From NCBI GenBank assembly GCA_023701005.1, contig JAMPXW010000002.1:1-43346 (forward strand): a stretch of 43,346 nt of DNA, in the 5' to 3' direction. The position numbers and the translations under genes are program-made. Below are positions 1 to 9,446 of this stretch, in pieces. Origin of the DNA: Burkholderiales bacterium (GTDB lineage: Bacteria > Patescibacteriota > Minisyncoccia > Phycocordibacterales > UBA9973). Each line of letters opens with the position of its first letter. The stretch's first letter is position 1. Under the pieces are notes generated by a model, which was not told the origin of the DNA, ran no database searches, and saw nothing but the letters and a program-made list of their open reading frames with translations.

Positions 1-90
1 ACCTACTTCTTCTTTGCTGAAACCTCTTCTTACCATGTACACAGCATCTCTGCGTACCTTAGGCATGTGTGGATTTTTTGTATATGACAT
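1..90 (-). CDS. 5' part of a probable transposase/integrase (IS481-like N-terminal HTH), runs off the window edge
   Basis: Hand translation MSYTKNPHMPKVRRDAVYMVRRGFSKEEVG; resembles from memory the HTH N-termini of CPR rve-type transposases; TATCAT 6 nt before the ATG; catalytic domain not visible. Confidence 0.45.
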   Translation of the reverse strand, partial: MSYTKNPHMPKVRRDAVYMVRRGFSKEEVG

Positions 91-207
91 ATATTTATGA
101 TATTACCTTCAGTCCGTCCAAGCTATTGAACCATTACGAAAAATTTGACTATTGTTTGCATAAGTAGTAATTTAAAGAAAAAGTACATCACAAAAATAGA
201 GGAAAAA

Positions 208-717
208 ATGGAAGAGAAATTATTAGTTCCTGATCCGCCACAAGTAACTATTGTAGTGGAAGAGAAAGCAAAAGAAAATCTACAAAAATGGATATCTTTT
301 ATAAAGAATTTATCTCCTAGAATTTTAATAGAAGATAATATTTCTAGAGAAAGATTGTATTCTTTGTATAATGCTTCAAGAAAACTTTGTCATCTTGATG
401 AAGATGATCAAATTGTAGATTGGCCAGAACTTCAAGATGTTGCTTTCGTTGTTTTCATTAATTCTTCACATACCAAATCTGATAATTATCTTCTTCCAGA
501 TATTTATATTTTTTGTTATAGAAATTGGGCTTTTTCTTTAGATCATTTTCAACGTGATAGTAATGATGAAAAAGATGAGTATGTAGACTACAACACATAT
601 TCACTTAAAGACTTTCCAGAAGAAGCATTATCTTGGGAACATGTTTCTGGTACATTAATAGTTAGTGATTTAGAAAGAATTGAAAAAACTGTTCCAGATT
701 TAAAAACTAAATCTTGA
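208..717 (+). CDS. hypothetical protein
   Basis: ORF 145..717; ATG at 208 preceded by GAGG is the likelier start; followed by a terminator. Confidence 0.6.
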   Translation: MEEKLLVPDPPQVTIVVEEKAKENLQKWISFIKNLSPRILIEDNISRERLYSLYNASRKLCHLDEDDQIVDWPELQDVAFVVFINSSHTKSDNYLLPDIYIFCYRNWAFSLDHFQRDSNDEKDEYVDYNTYSLKDFPEEALSWEHVSGTLIVSDLERIEKTVPDLKTKS

Positions 718-728
718 TCCAAAAAGAG

Positions 729-756
729 AAAAGCCGTACATCTGTACGGCTTTTTT
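729..756. terminator. bidirectional intrinsic terminator
   Basis: aaaagccgtaca-tc-tgtacggctttttt between convergent genes. Confidence 0.85.
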
Positions 757-757
757 G

Positions 758-1177
758 TTATGCTATCTTTGCTCCCAATTTTTCCAAAGGTTCAAATATT
801 GGATCTTTGTTGGTATTTTGTTGATTCCATGGATGAAGGAAGTGTCTTTTATTTAAACCGAAAGATCCAGGAATTCTTTTAGTAGCTACTTCATGCCAAG
901 AGCTAAGAAACCAAATTTGAGAATCATTATTTTTGCTTTTGGCTGCTTCTGCTATATGCCAACCAAGTCCATTTGGTGATATCATTATCAAGTAGTCATC
1001 GTTTATTGAATCGATGTCTACTTCTAAAGAAATAATACGAAACTGATCTTCCTCGATAAATTTCATAGCTTCATTAATTTTTGATGTCGCTATTATCTCA
1101 GCATCAGGAAAAAGTTCATTCCATTTTAAAACTAGTTTAGAGAGATATTTTTTTTCGTCTACTACTAGAATTTTCAT
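758..1177 (-). CDS. single-domain receiver (REC)-like protein, atypical
   Basis: MKILVVDE start with GGAGG upstream; REC-like pattern including NGLG, FLSS and K. Confidence 0.6.
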   Translation of the reverse strand: MKILVVDEKKYLSKLVLKWNELFPDAEIIATSKINEAMKFIEEDQFRIISLEVDIDSINDDYLIMISPNGLGWHIAEAAKSKNNDSQIWFLSSWHEVATKRIPGSFGLNKRHFLHPWNQQNTNKDPIFEPLEKLGAKIA

Positions 1178-1258
1178 CAGCCCTCCGATGATTAATAGTT
1201 TATTATTGAATGTACAATTTGTAGTAGGGTAACACAATTAACTTATATTGTCAAAATT

Positions 1259-3244
1259 TTACAACAAATCTTCTGGATCTACAAAGACCTCATAAGAAAA
1301 AGGTAAAGAGTATAAAAGGTTTGATAAATGTGAATCGAGTGAAGAATTAAGAGAAAATATTGGTAAAGACCATTTTTTAGGATCTAATTTTATTAATGCA
1401 TTCATGATATATTGGTTTTTATTTTTTGAAATAAATCCACCAAAGATGTCTGGCTCATAATCTTTGAATAATTCAGCTAATACTTTTTTAGCTTCAATAG
1501 ACCCTTCTTTGTCACCTAAATATGTTATTTTTATAAAACGTTTATATGGTGGATACTTTAGATTTTTTCTGTCTTGTAATTCTCCACGAACAAAAGAAAG
1601 TAGATTTTCTGATTTTACAGCAAGTAATGCTCCATCATTTTTGTTTTTAGTTTGTATTATTAATTTTCTTTCAGTATTAGAAAGGATAGAGATTAGAAGC
1701 TGAATAATTTTCTCGCTTATTTTATAATTTGGTATCGTCCAAAGTCCATCGAAAGAAGCCATGACAGATAAATTAACTTTTTCTTTTAAATAGAAAAATG
1801 CCATTTCAGTTCCTATTAAAATAGAACCGTGATTCTTTGTAAATTCTTTTATTACTTTTTCTGCTTCATTTGATGTTTTAACAGATTCTTTATCTAATTT
1901 AAAAATTTTATTGTTTGGAAAATGATTTTTTATTTCTTCAAAAATAGTATCTGTGCCTATACCAAGTGGCATAAGATTCCAGCTATTGCAATTAAGGCAT
2001 CTGGTTTCAGGGTCTTTTTCAGTATTACACTTATTACAAGCAAACATTCTTTTTTTACCATCACGAGAAAGATACAAAACAAGGGGAGCCAGACATTTAT
2101 CACAGTTTATTGTTTCATTACAATCTTTACATACTGTATACGTGGCCAAGCCTTTTCTTAAAGAGAATATAAAAACATTTTTCTTATTGTTCAAAGTATT
2201 TTCTATCTCTTCCAAAGATTCGTCACTAATTATTTTAAATTTTGTTGTTTTTTTATTTTGTTCTATCTCTGTTATGTGTTTTTTGTTTTTGTTTGTGTCT
2301 ATTATATCTATTTTTATTCTGTCAAAATTTGTTCTAAATGATATAGGATATACTTCACCAAGGCCTTCAGTGTTTAACCTTTCTATGGTTTCAAATCGCA
2401 ATAATGTATCAGCTAATATGAATTTGGCCCCTATTTTTGAAGCGAAAATTTCTGCGAAAGTTCTCATGTCTAAATGAGGTTTTGGAATCATTTTATAAGC
2501 ATTTGAACTTTCATGTTCTACGATTATTGTAGAGATATCCATACGAGGAATAGACAAAAATTGTGTAGTTCCCAATATCAATACTCCATGTTGAGAATTT
2601 ATTATTTTTTCATAATTTTCTAAAATCTTTTTTGTTTTTAAACCTCCATGCATAGAAAAAGTGAAATTCTCTATTCCTTTTGAGAGAGCTTGTTCGAAAA
2701 GTTCTATGTCGTACTGAGAAGGTAAAACTATAAAAACAGATTTTTTGAGTGCAAAATTTCCTCTTATTAAAGTTTTATAAAAAGACAACCTATCTTCTAA
2801 GCTTGCTTGAAATAATAATTTTTCAGTTAGGATGTTCTTTTCTAAGGACAGTCCTTGGGTAGGCTCTTTTAAGGACTGTCCTTTAGGAGAAAATTTTTCT
2901 ATTTCGTCGTACTTTTCTCTGAAGAGAGATGGAACTAAGGAAATTACAGCATTGTTTTTCTTTGCTACAAAATAAGAACTTAAAAGAAAAGTTGATTCTA
3001 AAAATTCATCTCGAAAGATTGAATGTTTTTTTACTTCAACAATTTTTTTTAATTTGAAAGACATATCTTTGATTCCAGATTTTATATCTTCTACATCTTG
3101 AGAAGAGATTACCAATCCTAAGATATTTTTGTTACGTACCGGCACGTTTACGATACTGCCATTTTTGACGTCTTTCGAAGTAAAATAAGTCAAATCTGTC
3201 TTAAAAACTCCTTTTTGTAACGGGATAACGGTCACAATTTTCAT
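1259..3244 (-). CDS. priA: primosomal protein N' (PriA), helicase motifs degenerate
   Basis: N-terminal 3'-binding-domain pattern (LTY...GSIVNVPVR), CKDC/CDKC/CNKC/CLNC Zn region, GxGT, ILIGTE, YPPY, VDPEDLL. Confidence 0.85.
   Translation of the reverse strand: MKIVTVIPLQKGVFKTDLTYFTSKDVKNGSIVNVPVRNKNILGLVISSQDVEDIKSGIKDMSFKLKKIVEVKKHSIFRDEFLESTFLLSSYFVAKKNNAVISLVPSLFREKYDEIEKFSPKGQSLKEPTQGLSLEKNILTEKLLFQASLEDRLSFYKTLIRGNFALKKSVFIVLPSQYDIELFEQALSKGIENFTFSMHGGLKTKKILENYEKIINSQHGVLILGTTQFLSIPRMDISTIIVEHESSNAYKMIPKPHLDMRTFAEIFASKIGAKFILADTLLRFETIERLNTEGLGEVYPISFRTNFDRIKIDIIDTNKNKKHITEIEQNKKTTKFKIISDESLEEIENTLNNKKNVFIFSLRKGLATYTVCKDCNETINCDKCLAPLVLYLSRDGKKRMFACNKCNTEKDPETRCLNCNSWNLMPLGIGTDTIFEEIKNHFPNNKIFKLDKESVKTSNEAEKVIKEFTKNHGSILIGTEMAFFYLKEKVNLSVMASFDGLWTIPNYKISEKIIQLLISILSNTERKLIIQTKNKNDGALLAVKSENLLSFVRGELQDRKNLKYPPYKRFIKITYLGDKEGSIEAKKVLAELFKDYEPDIFGGFISKNKNQYIMNALIKLDPKKWSLPIFSLNSSLDSHLSNLLYSLPFSYEVFVDPEDLL
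2844..2883. repeat. in-frame palindromic element (two AAGGAC-W-GTCCTT 13-mers in inverted orientation)
   Basis: aaggacagtcctt (2844-2856) and aaggactgtcctt (2871-2883); encodes KGQSL...QGLSL. Confidence 0.75.
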
Positions 3245-3281
3245 ATTTCTATTCTAACATAACTTGTGATATATTTACTTT

Positions 3282-4295
3282 ATGGGATTTTTTTCAAGGA
3301 AATTGGGTATAGATTTAGGTACAGCTAATACGTTGGTTTTTCTTCCTGGCCGAGGTATCGTTTTAAACGAGCCTTCTGTCGTTGCTGTTTCTGAACAAGA
3401 TAATAAAATATTAGCTATAGGTTTTGAAGCTAAAGACATGATAGGAAAAACTCCAGAGTCTATAATTACTTACTGCCCAATGAAAGATGGAGTTATTGCA
3501 GATTATAGAGTCACAGAAGCAATGCTTCATTATTTTATTAATAAAGCCTTAGGTAAATTTAATTTATTCAAACCAGACGTGATGGTCTCTGTTCCTGCTG
3601 GAGTCACAAGCACTGAAAGACGAGCTGTGGTGGAAGCCGCTATTCGTGCAGGGGCTAGAAATGCTTATGTCGTTAAAGAACCAATACTCGCAGCTATAGG
3701 AGCAGGTATTCCTATTTATGAATCTAAAGGATACATGGTAGTAGACATAGGAGGAGGCACCACAGATGTAGCTGTGATATCTTTAGGAGGAATTGTAGCT
3801 TCTACTTCAGTAAAATGTGCTGGAAATAAAATTGATCAAGCCATCGCAGATTATATAAAGAAAACTTTTAATCTTGCTATTGGAGACAGGACAGCAGAAG
3901 AAGTAAAGATAAAGATAGGCGCAGCTGTTCCATTGGAAGAAGAATTAAGAGTCACAATAAAAGGACGAGATTTTATTCAAGGTTTGCCAAGATCAGCACA
4001 AGTCGGGACGAATGAGATAGTGAAAGCAATCGATGCAGAATTAAAACAAATCGTTAAAGCTATAAAAGATGTATTACAAGAAACCCCTCCAGAGCTTGCT
4101 TCAGACATAATGGATTATGGCATCATAATGACAGGTGGTTCTTCTCAGTTACGAAATCTTACGGATTTGGTTTATAGGAAAACAGGTGTTAAAGCTGCTC
4201 TCGCAGAAGATGCTTTGTTTTGTGTGGTAAAAGGTACAGGCATAGCTTTAGAACATTTAGATGTTTATAAAAAAACAGTTTTAAGTAAGAAATAA
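3282..4295 (+). CDS. mreB: rod shape-determining protein MreB/Mbl
   Basis: GIDLGTANT, EPSVVA, VVDIGGGTTD motifs. Confidence 0.97.
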   Translation: MGFFSRKLGIDLGTANTLVFLPGRGIVLNEPSVVAVSEQDNKILAIGFEAKDMIGKTPESIITYCPMKDGVIADYRVTEAMLHYFINKALGKFNLFKPDVMVSVPAGVTSTERRAVVEAAIRAGARNAYVVKEPILAAIGAGIPIYESKGYMVVDIGGGTTDVAVISLGGIVASTSVKCAGNKIDQAIADYIKKTFNLAIGDRTAEEVKIKIGAAVPLEEELRVTIKGRDFIQGLPRSAQVGTNEIVKAIDAELKQIVKAIKDVLQETPPELASDIMDYGIIMTGGSSQLRNLTDLVYRKTGVKAALAEDALFCVVKGTGIALEHLDVYKKTVLSKK

Positions 4296-5023
4296 TGGAT
4301 ATTTTTAAACATTTAGATAAAAATAATTTACATCATGCTTATTTAATAGAAGGCGCATATGAAGAAGTCGTGCCCGAGATTTTTTCTTTTATAGAAAGTT
4401 TAGGAATAGCAACTAATCAAAATCCTGATTTTTCTCACATAATATTAGATTCTTTTAAAATAGAAGATGCTCGTAATTTAAAAACTGTAGAGTATGAAAA
4501 AGGATTTTCTGGAAATAAAAAAATATTTTTAATTACAGCTAATAATTTTTTATTAGAAGCTCAAAATACTTTATTAAAAATATTTGAAGAGCCGATAGAA
4601 GATACTCATTTTTTCTTAGTTGTTCCTAATAAGAATATTTTATTGAAAACATTGCTTTCTAGATTTTATGTTATTTCTACTAAAAAGGATCAGACAGAAG
4701 AAATAAAAAAAGCAGAGCAATTCATTAAGATGAATAAAAAAGAAAGAATTGAGTTTATAAAAGAATTATTAACGGATGCAGAAGAAGACGAAGAGGATGA
4801 TTTATCAATTAGAGAAGAGAGTCCTAGGTCAAAATGTATTAATTTATTAAATGCTGTAGAATTTTTATTGCAAAATAAATTTATTACAAAAGATGAACTT
4901 ATTAAAAAGTCATTACAAATTTGTTTTGCTCACATATTGAAAGTTCGTCAATTTTTAAATCAACCAGGTTCTGCCATGAAGACTTTGATGGAAAGTGTGG
5001 CCTTAATTATTCCCAATTTTTAA
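4295..5023 (+). CDS. holB: DNA polymerase III delta'-like subunit (short)
   Basis: LHHAYLIEG, NPDF, EAQNTLLKIFEEP, TLLSR clamp-loader motifs. Confidence 0.75.
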   Translation: MDIFKHLDKNNLHHAYLIEGAYEEVVPEIFSFIESLGIATNQNPDFSHIILDSFKIEDARNLKTVEYEKGFSGNKKIFLITANNFLLEAQNTLLKIFEEPIEDTHFFLVVPNKNILLKTLLSRFYVISTKKDQTEEIKKAEQFIKMNKKERIEFIKELLTDAEEDEEDDLSIREESPRSKCINLLNAVEFLLQNKFITKDELIKKSLQICFAHILKVRQFLNQPGSAMKTLMESVALIIPNF

Positions 5024-5052
5024 TTGTTTTTATTAAATGATATACTAAATAT

Positions 5053-5604
5053 ATGCAATACAATTTTTCAAATTTTAAATTAGAGATTAACAAGATAGCG
5101 GAGTTTTTAGGTAAAGAATACAGTCAATTAAACATAGGTCGTGCTTCTCCGATGATACTCGACAGTGTGTCTGTAGATTCTTATGGGTCTAGAATGCCTT
5201 TAAAAAACGTCGCTTCTGTGTCTATTGAAGATCCTAAGACCTTGCGTGTAATTCCTTGGGATAAAAATCAAATAAAAGAAATAGAAAAAGCTATTTTGGC
5301 TGCAAATCTTGGATTGTCAGTGGCCGTAGATGGTTCTGGTATTAGGGCAATATTTCCACAATTAACTACCGAAACGAGACAAACTTTGGTAAAAGTTCTA
5401 AAAGAAAAGTTGGAAGACAGCAGAATAACTGTTCGCAAAGAAAGAGAAAGGATCTGGGATGATATACAAAAATTAGAAAAAGAAGGGAAGATGACAGAAG
5501 ATGAAAAGTTTAGAGCTAAGGATGATTTACAAAAAGTTATTGACGAAATTAATCAAAAATTAGAAGAAGTTTTTGCAACAAAAGAAAAGGAAGTTTTAGG
5601 ATAA
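5053..5604 (+). CDS. frr: ribosome recycling factor
   Basis: GRASP, YGSRMPL, PWDK, PQLTTETR motifs. Confidence 0.97.
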   Translation: MQYNFSNFKLEINKIAEFLGKEYSQLNIGRASPMILDSVSVDSYGSRMPLKNVASVSIEDPKTLRVIPWDKNQIKEIEKAILAANLGLSVAVDGSGIRAIFPQLTTETRQTLVKVLKEKLEDSRITVRKERERIWDDIQKLEKEGKMTEDEKFRAKDDLQKVIDEINQKLEEVFATKEKEVLG

Positions 5605-5611
5605 TTGGGAA

Positions 5612-6712
5612 ATGAATATATTTATTTTTATTATAATTTTATTAGTTTTAGTTTTAGTTCATGAATTTGGACATTTTTTTACTGCTAAAAAATTTGGTAT
5701 AAGAGTAGATGAGTTTGGTTTTGGTTTTCCCCCAAAATTATTTTCTAAAAAATATGGAGAGACAGAATACAGTTTTAATCTTTTACCTATTGGGGGTTTT
5801 GTAAAAATATTTGGAGAGAATATAACAGAAGAAAGTATTTCGGGAGTAGATTCTTCAAGGAGTTTTGTAAACAAACCAAGATGGCAACAAGCCATAGTAC
5901 TTTTAGCTGGAGTCATGGCTAATTTTTTATTGGCGTGGTTTTTGTTTTCTTTTAGTTTTATGTCCGGGTTGCCTACTTCGGCTGGCAATGAAGTTAAGGG
6001 ATATGAATTGGAAAATGTTAATTTAGTTGTCGTTTCTGTTATTTCAGATTCTCCTGCAGAAAAGGCAGGTTTGAAATCTGGAGATAAAATAGTTTCAGTG
6101 AAAAATGAAAACGATGTTTTAAATGATATTAATCCAGATTCTTTAAGATCTTTTGTTATAACGCATTCTGGTAAGGAAGTAGAGTTTGGTTATTTGAGAG
6201 GCAAAAGTGACATTATAAATAATATTAAAGTAATTCCGGTTGTTAATGCTAAAAATGACAATCCTAGTATAGGGATAGCAATGGATATGATAGGTACAGC
6301 CAAATTGCCATTTTTTAGGGCTTTTTGGGAGGGTTTGAAGCTTGACATAGAAGTCACAAAAAGTACTGTTTTGGGGCTTTATACGCTTATAAAAGAGGGT
6401 TTGATGGGTAAAGGGAGCTTTTCTTCTGTCACTGGTCCTGTGGGCATGGTGGGGATAGTAGGAGATGCTTATGAATTTGGTTTTGTTTATTTGATGTCTT
6501 TTGCAGCCCTCATCTCTGTAAATTTGGCAATTATAAATCTTGTTCCTTTCCCAGCCTTAGATGGAGGGAGGTTACTTTTTTTGCTTATAGAAAAAATAAA
6601 AGGTTCTAGTATAAATCCTAAGTTTGCAAATACTGCAAACATGGTTGGTTTTGCTATCTTGATAATTCTTATGCTTTTTGTTACTTATCATGATGTTGTT
6701 AAATTGTTTTAA
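5612..6712 (+). CDS. rseP: RIP metalloprotease RseP (M50 with PDZ)
   Basis: HEFGH, PDZ SPAEKAGLKSGD, NLVPFPALDGG. Confidence 0.95.
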   Translation: MNIFIFIIILLVLVLVHEFGHFFTAKKFGIRVDEFGFGFPPKLFSKKYGETEYSFNLLPIGGFVKIFGENITEESISGVDSSRSFVNKPRWQQAIVLLAGVMANFLLAWFLFSFSFMSGLPTSAGNEVKGYELENVNLVVVSVISDSPAEKAGLKSGDKIVSVKNENDVLNDINPDSLRSFVITHSGKEVEFGYLRGKSDIINNIKVIPVVNAKNDNPSIGIAMDMIGTAKLPFFRAFWEGLKLDIEVTKSTVLGLYTLIKEGLMGKGSFSSVTGPVGMVGIVGDAYEFGFVYLMSFAALISVNLAIINLVPFPALDGGRLLFLLIEKIKGSSINPKFANTANMVGFAILIILMLFVTYHDVVKLF

Positions 6713-6726
6713 TCTCGGATAAAGAA

Positions 6727-8445
6727 ATGGAAGCACAAATTAAAATTTGTCAGAATTGTAAAAAAGACTTTATTATAGAGTCAGAAGATTTTAATTTTTA
6801 TGAGAAAATAAAAGTTCCTCCACCTACTTTTTGTCACATTTGTAGATTCCAAAGAAGATTAGTTTGGAGAAATGAAAGATCTTTATATAGACGTACGTGT
6901 GATCTTTGTAAAAAAAATATTATTGCAGCATATCATTCTTCCGCTCCTTTCCCTGTATATTGTCGTGAGTGTTGGTATGGAGACAATTGGGATGCATTTT
7001 CTTATGGTGTAGAATATGATTTTTCTCGCAATTTCTTTGAACAATATAAAGAACTTTCTAATAAAGTTCCCAGATTAGCGCTTTTTCAAAGAAATGTTAT
7101 TAATTCTGATTATTCAAATATGTGTGGAGAAAGTAAAAATATTTATTTATCTGCTTCCGTTGTGAAAGGATCAGAAAATGTTTTTTATTCAAAATCAGTA
7201 GATAAATCTAAAGATATTGTAGATTGTTTAAATATCATAAATGGGTCAGAGGGTTTATATGAAAACGTAGAAGCACAAAATAATTATTATTCTCAATTTT
7301 TATTACTTTGTAGGAGTTGCATTGACTCTTTTTATTCTGTTGATTGTATAAATTGTAGTAATTGTTTTCTTTGTTTTAACTTACGCAATAAACAATATTT
7401 TATACGCAATAAACAATATTCAAAAGATGATTATTTTAAAGAGATAGAAAAATTTAATTTAAAAAGTAGAATCTCACGTTATATTTTATTAAAAGAGTTT
7501 ACAGAAATTAAGAAACAAGCTATTTATCGTTTTGCAAATATAAACAAATGTGTCGATGTGACTGGTAATAATCTTTTAAATGTAAAAAATGCTAAAGATT
7601 CTTTTGAAATTTACAACGTTGAAAATGTTAAATTTTCTTATAGAGGTTTTGATTTTAAAGATAGTATGGATCTAGAATATCTTGGTTGGTCTGAATTGTT
7701 ATATGAATATACTACGGGAGCTTTGAATGACTATAATGTTAAATTTAGTTTTTGCGCCATGGATTCTGTAAGAAATGCCGATTATACAGAATTTTGTAGA
7801 ACAAGTGACGGCTTGTTTGGATGTATTTCTCTTCGAAATACGAAAAATGCGATTTTTAATAAAGTTTACAAAGAAGAAGAATTTTTAAAACTCAAAGAAA
7901 AAATAATAAAACAAATGAGTGATATGCCTTATGTAGATAAAAAAGGAAATATTTATAAGTATGGAGAATTTTTTCCCATAGAAATTTCTACTTTATTATA
8001 CAACGAGAGTCAGGCTCAAGAGTTTTTTCCGCTTTCTAAAGAAGAGATTTTACAAAGAGGGTATGGTTGGAGAGAAAAAGATTTGAAAAATTTTGAAATA
8101 ACTATTGATTCAAAAAATATACCGGATTGTATAGATGATGTTGATGAAAACATGTTGAAAGAAGTTTTAGCATGTGAGCATGGTGGAAAATGTGAACATC
8201 AATGTAGCTCTGCTTTTAGATTGACTGATTATGAATTGAAGTTTTATAAAAAACACAATATTCCACTGCCTGTTTTGTGTTCTAATTGTCGTTATTATGA
8301 AAGAGTAAAGGTGATGCCTTCTTTAGTGCTCTATCACAGAATGTGCATGAAAGAAGGTTGTGAAAATGAGTTTGAGACACCGTATGCTCCAGATAGACCA
8401 GAGAAAATATATTGTGAGAAGTGCTATCAACAAGAGGTTTATTAA
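6727..8445 (+). CDS. Cys-rich protein with terminal zinc ribbons and internal repeats, function unknown
   Basis: Many CxxC pairs (CQNC, CHIC, CDLC, CREC, CSNC, CEKC) and repeats such as CIDSFYSVDCINCSNCFLC. Confidence 0.8.
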   Translation: MEAQIKICQNCKKDFIIESEDFNFYEKIKVPPPTFCHICRFQRRLVWRNERSLYRRTCDLCKKNIIAAYHSSAPFPVYCRECWYGDNWDAFSYGVEYDFSRNFFEQYKELSNKVPRLALFQRNVINSDYSNMCGESKNIYLSASVVKGSENVFYSKSVDKSKDIVDCLNIINGSEGLYENVEAQNNYYSQFLLLCRSCIDSFYSVDCINCSNCFLCFNLRNKQYFIRNKQYSKDDYFKEIEKFNLKSRISRYILLKEFTEIKKQAIYRFANINKCVDVTGNNLLNVKNAKDSFEIYNVENVKFSYRGFDFKDSMDLEYLGWSELLYEYTTGALNDYNVKFSFCAMDSVRNADYTEFCRTSDGLFGCISLRNTKNAIFNKVYKEEEFLKLKEKIIKQMSDMPYVDKKGNIYKYGEFFPIEISTLLYNESQAQEFFPLSKEEILQRGYGWREKDLKNFEITIDSKNIPDCIDDVDENMLKEVLACEHGGKCEHQCSSAFRLTDYELKFYKKHNIPLPVLCSNCRYYERVKVMPSLVLYHRMCMKEGCENEFETPYAPDRPEKIYCEKCYQQEVY

Positions 8446-8471
8446 ATAAATAAAAGTGGTATACTCTTAAA

Positions 8472-9440
8472 ATGGTAAAAAATAAATTAAAAATTGGTGT
8501 ACTTTTTGGGGGTAAATCAGCCGAACATGATGTGTCTTTAGTATCAGCAAAAAATGTGATAGGAGCTTTAGATAAAAATAAATATCAGATTTTTCCTATA
8601 AAAATAGGCAAGAAGGGTAAATTTGATTTGAATAAAGTTAAGAAGATGGATGTCATATTTCCTGTTCTTCATGGACCGTACGGTGAAGATGGAAGCATGC
8701 AAGGTTTGTTGAAAATTTTTGAACTTCCTTTTGTTGGCCCTGGTGTTTTAGGTTCTGCTGTCGGAATGGACAAAGATGTAATGAAAAGACTTTTCAGAGA
8801 AGCAGGTATCCCTATTGGTAAATTTGTCACCCTTTATAAAGATGAAGAAATATCTTTCAATAAGATAAAAAAGACTTTAGGGTTACCAATGTTTATAAAA
8901 CCTGCAAATATGGGTTCTTCTGTGGGTATTCATAAAGTCAAAAATGAAAAAGAATTTAATTCTGGAATAAAAGATGCTTTCCAATATGATTCAAAAATAG
9001 TAATAGAAGAAAATATAGATGGAAGGGAAATAGAATGTTCTGTTTTGGGTAATGAGGTGCCCATGGCGTCTATTCCTGGAGAGATAATTCCAAATGCTGA
9101 ATTTTATTCTTATGATTCAAAATATGTAGATGATAAATCTGTTTGTGAAATTCCAGCAAAACTTTCAAAGAAAACAACTTTAAAAATCCAAGATCTTTCA
9201 ATAAAAGTTTTTAAAGTTTTAAATTGTGAGGGGATGGGAAGGATTGATTTTTTTGTTGGGAAAAATGAAGAAATTTTAGTAAATGAGATAAATACACTTC
9301 CAGGATTTACTGCTATAAGCATGTATCCTAAATTATGGGAAGCTAGTGGCATATCTTTACCGAAATTATTAGATAAATTGATAGTGCTTGCAATAGAACG
9401 TTTTGAAAGAGAACAGAGTTTAAAAACTACTGCTAAATAA
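8472..9440 (+). CDS. ddl: D-alanine--D-alanine ligase
   Basis: GGKSAEHDVS, LHGPYGEDG, GSSVG, NEINTLPG. Confidence 0.97.
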   Translation: MVKNKLKIGVLFGGKSAEHDVSLVSAKNVIGALDKNKYQIFPIKIGKKGKFDLNKVKKMDVIFPVLHGPYGEDGSMQGLLKIFELPFVGPGVLGSAVGMDKDVMKRLFREAGIPIGKFVTLYKDEEISFNKIKKTLGLPMFIKPANMGSSVGIHKVKNEKEFNSGIKDAFQYDSKIVIEENIDGREIECSVLGNEVPMASIPGEIIPNAEFYSYDSKYVDDKSVCEIPAKLSKKTTLKIQDLSIKVFKVLNCEGMGRIDFFVGKNEEILVNEINTLPGFTAISMYPKLWEASGISLPKLLDKLIVLAIERFEREQSLKTTAK

Positions 9441-9446
9441 AATAAT

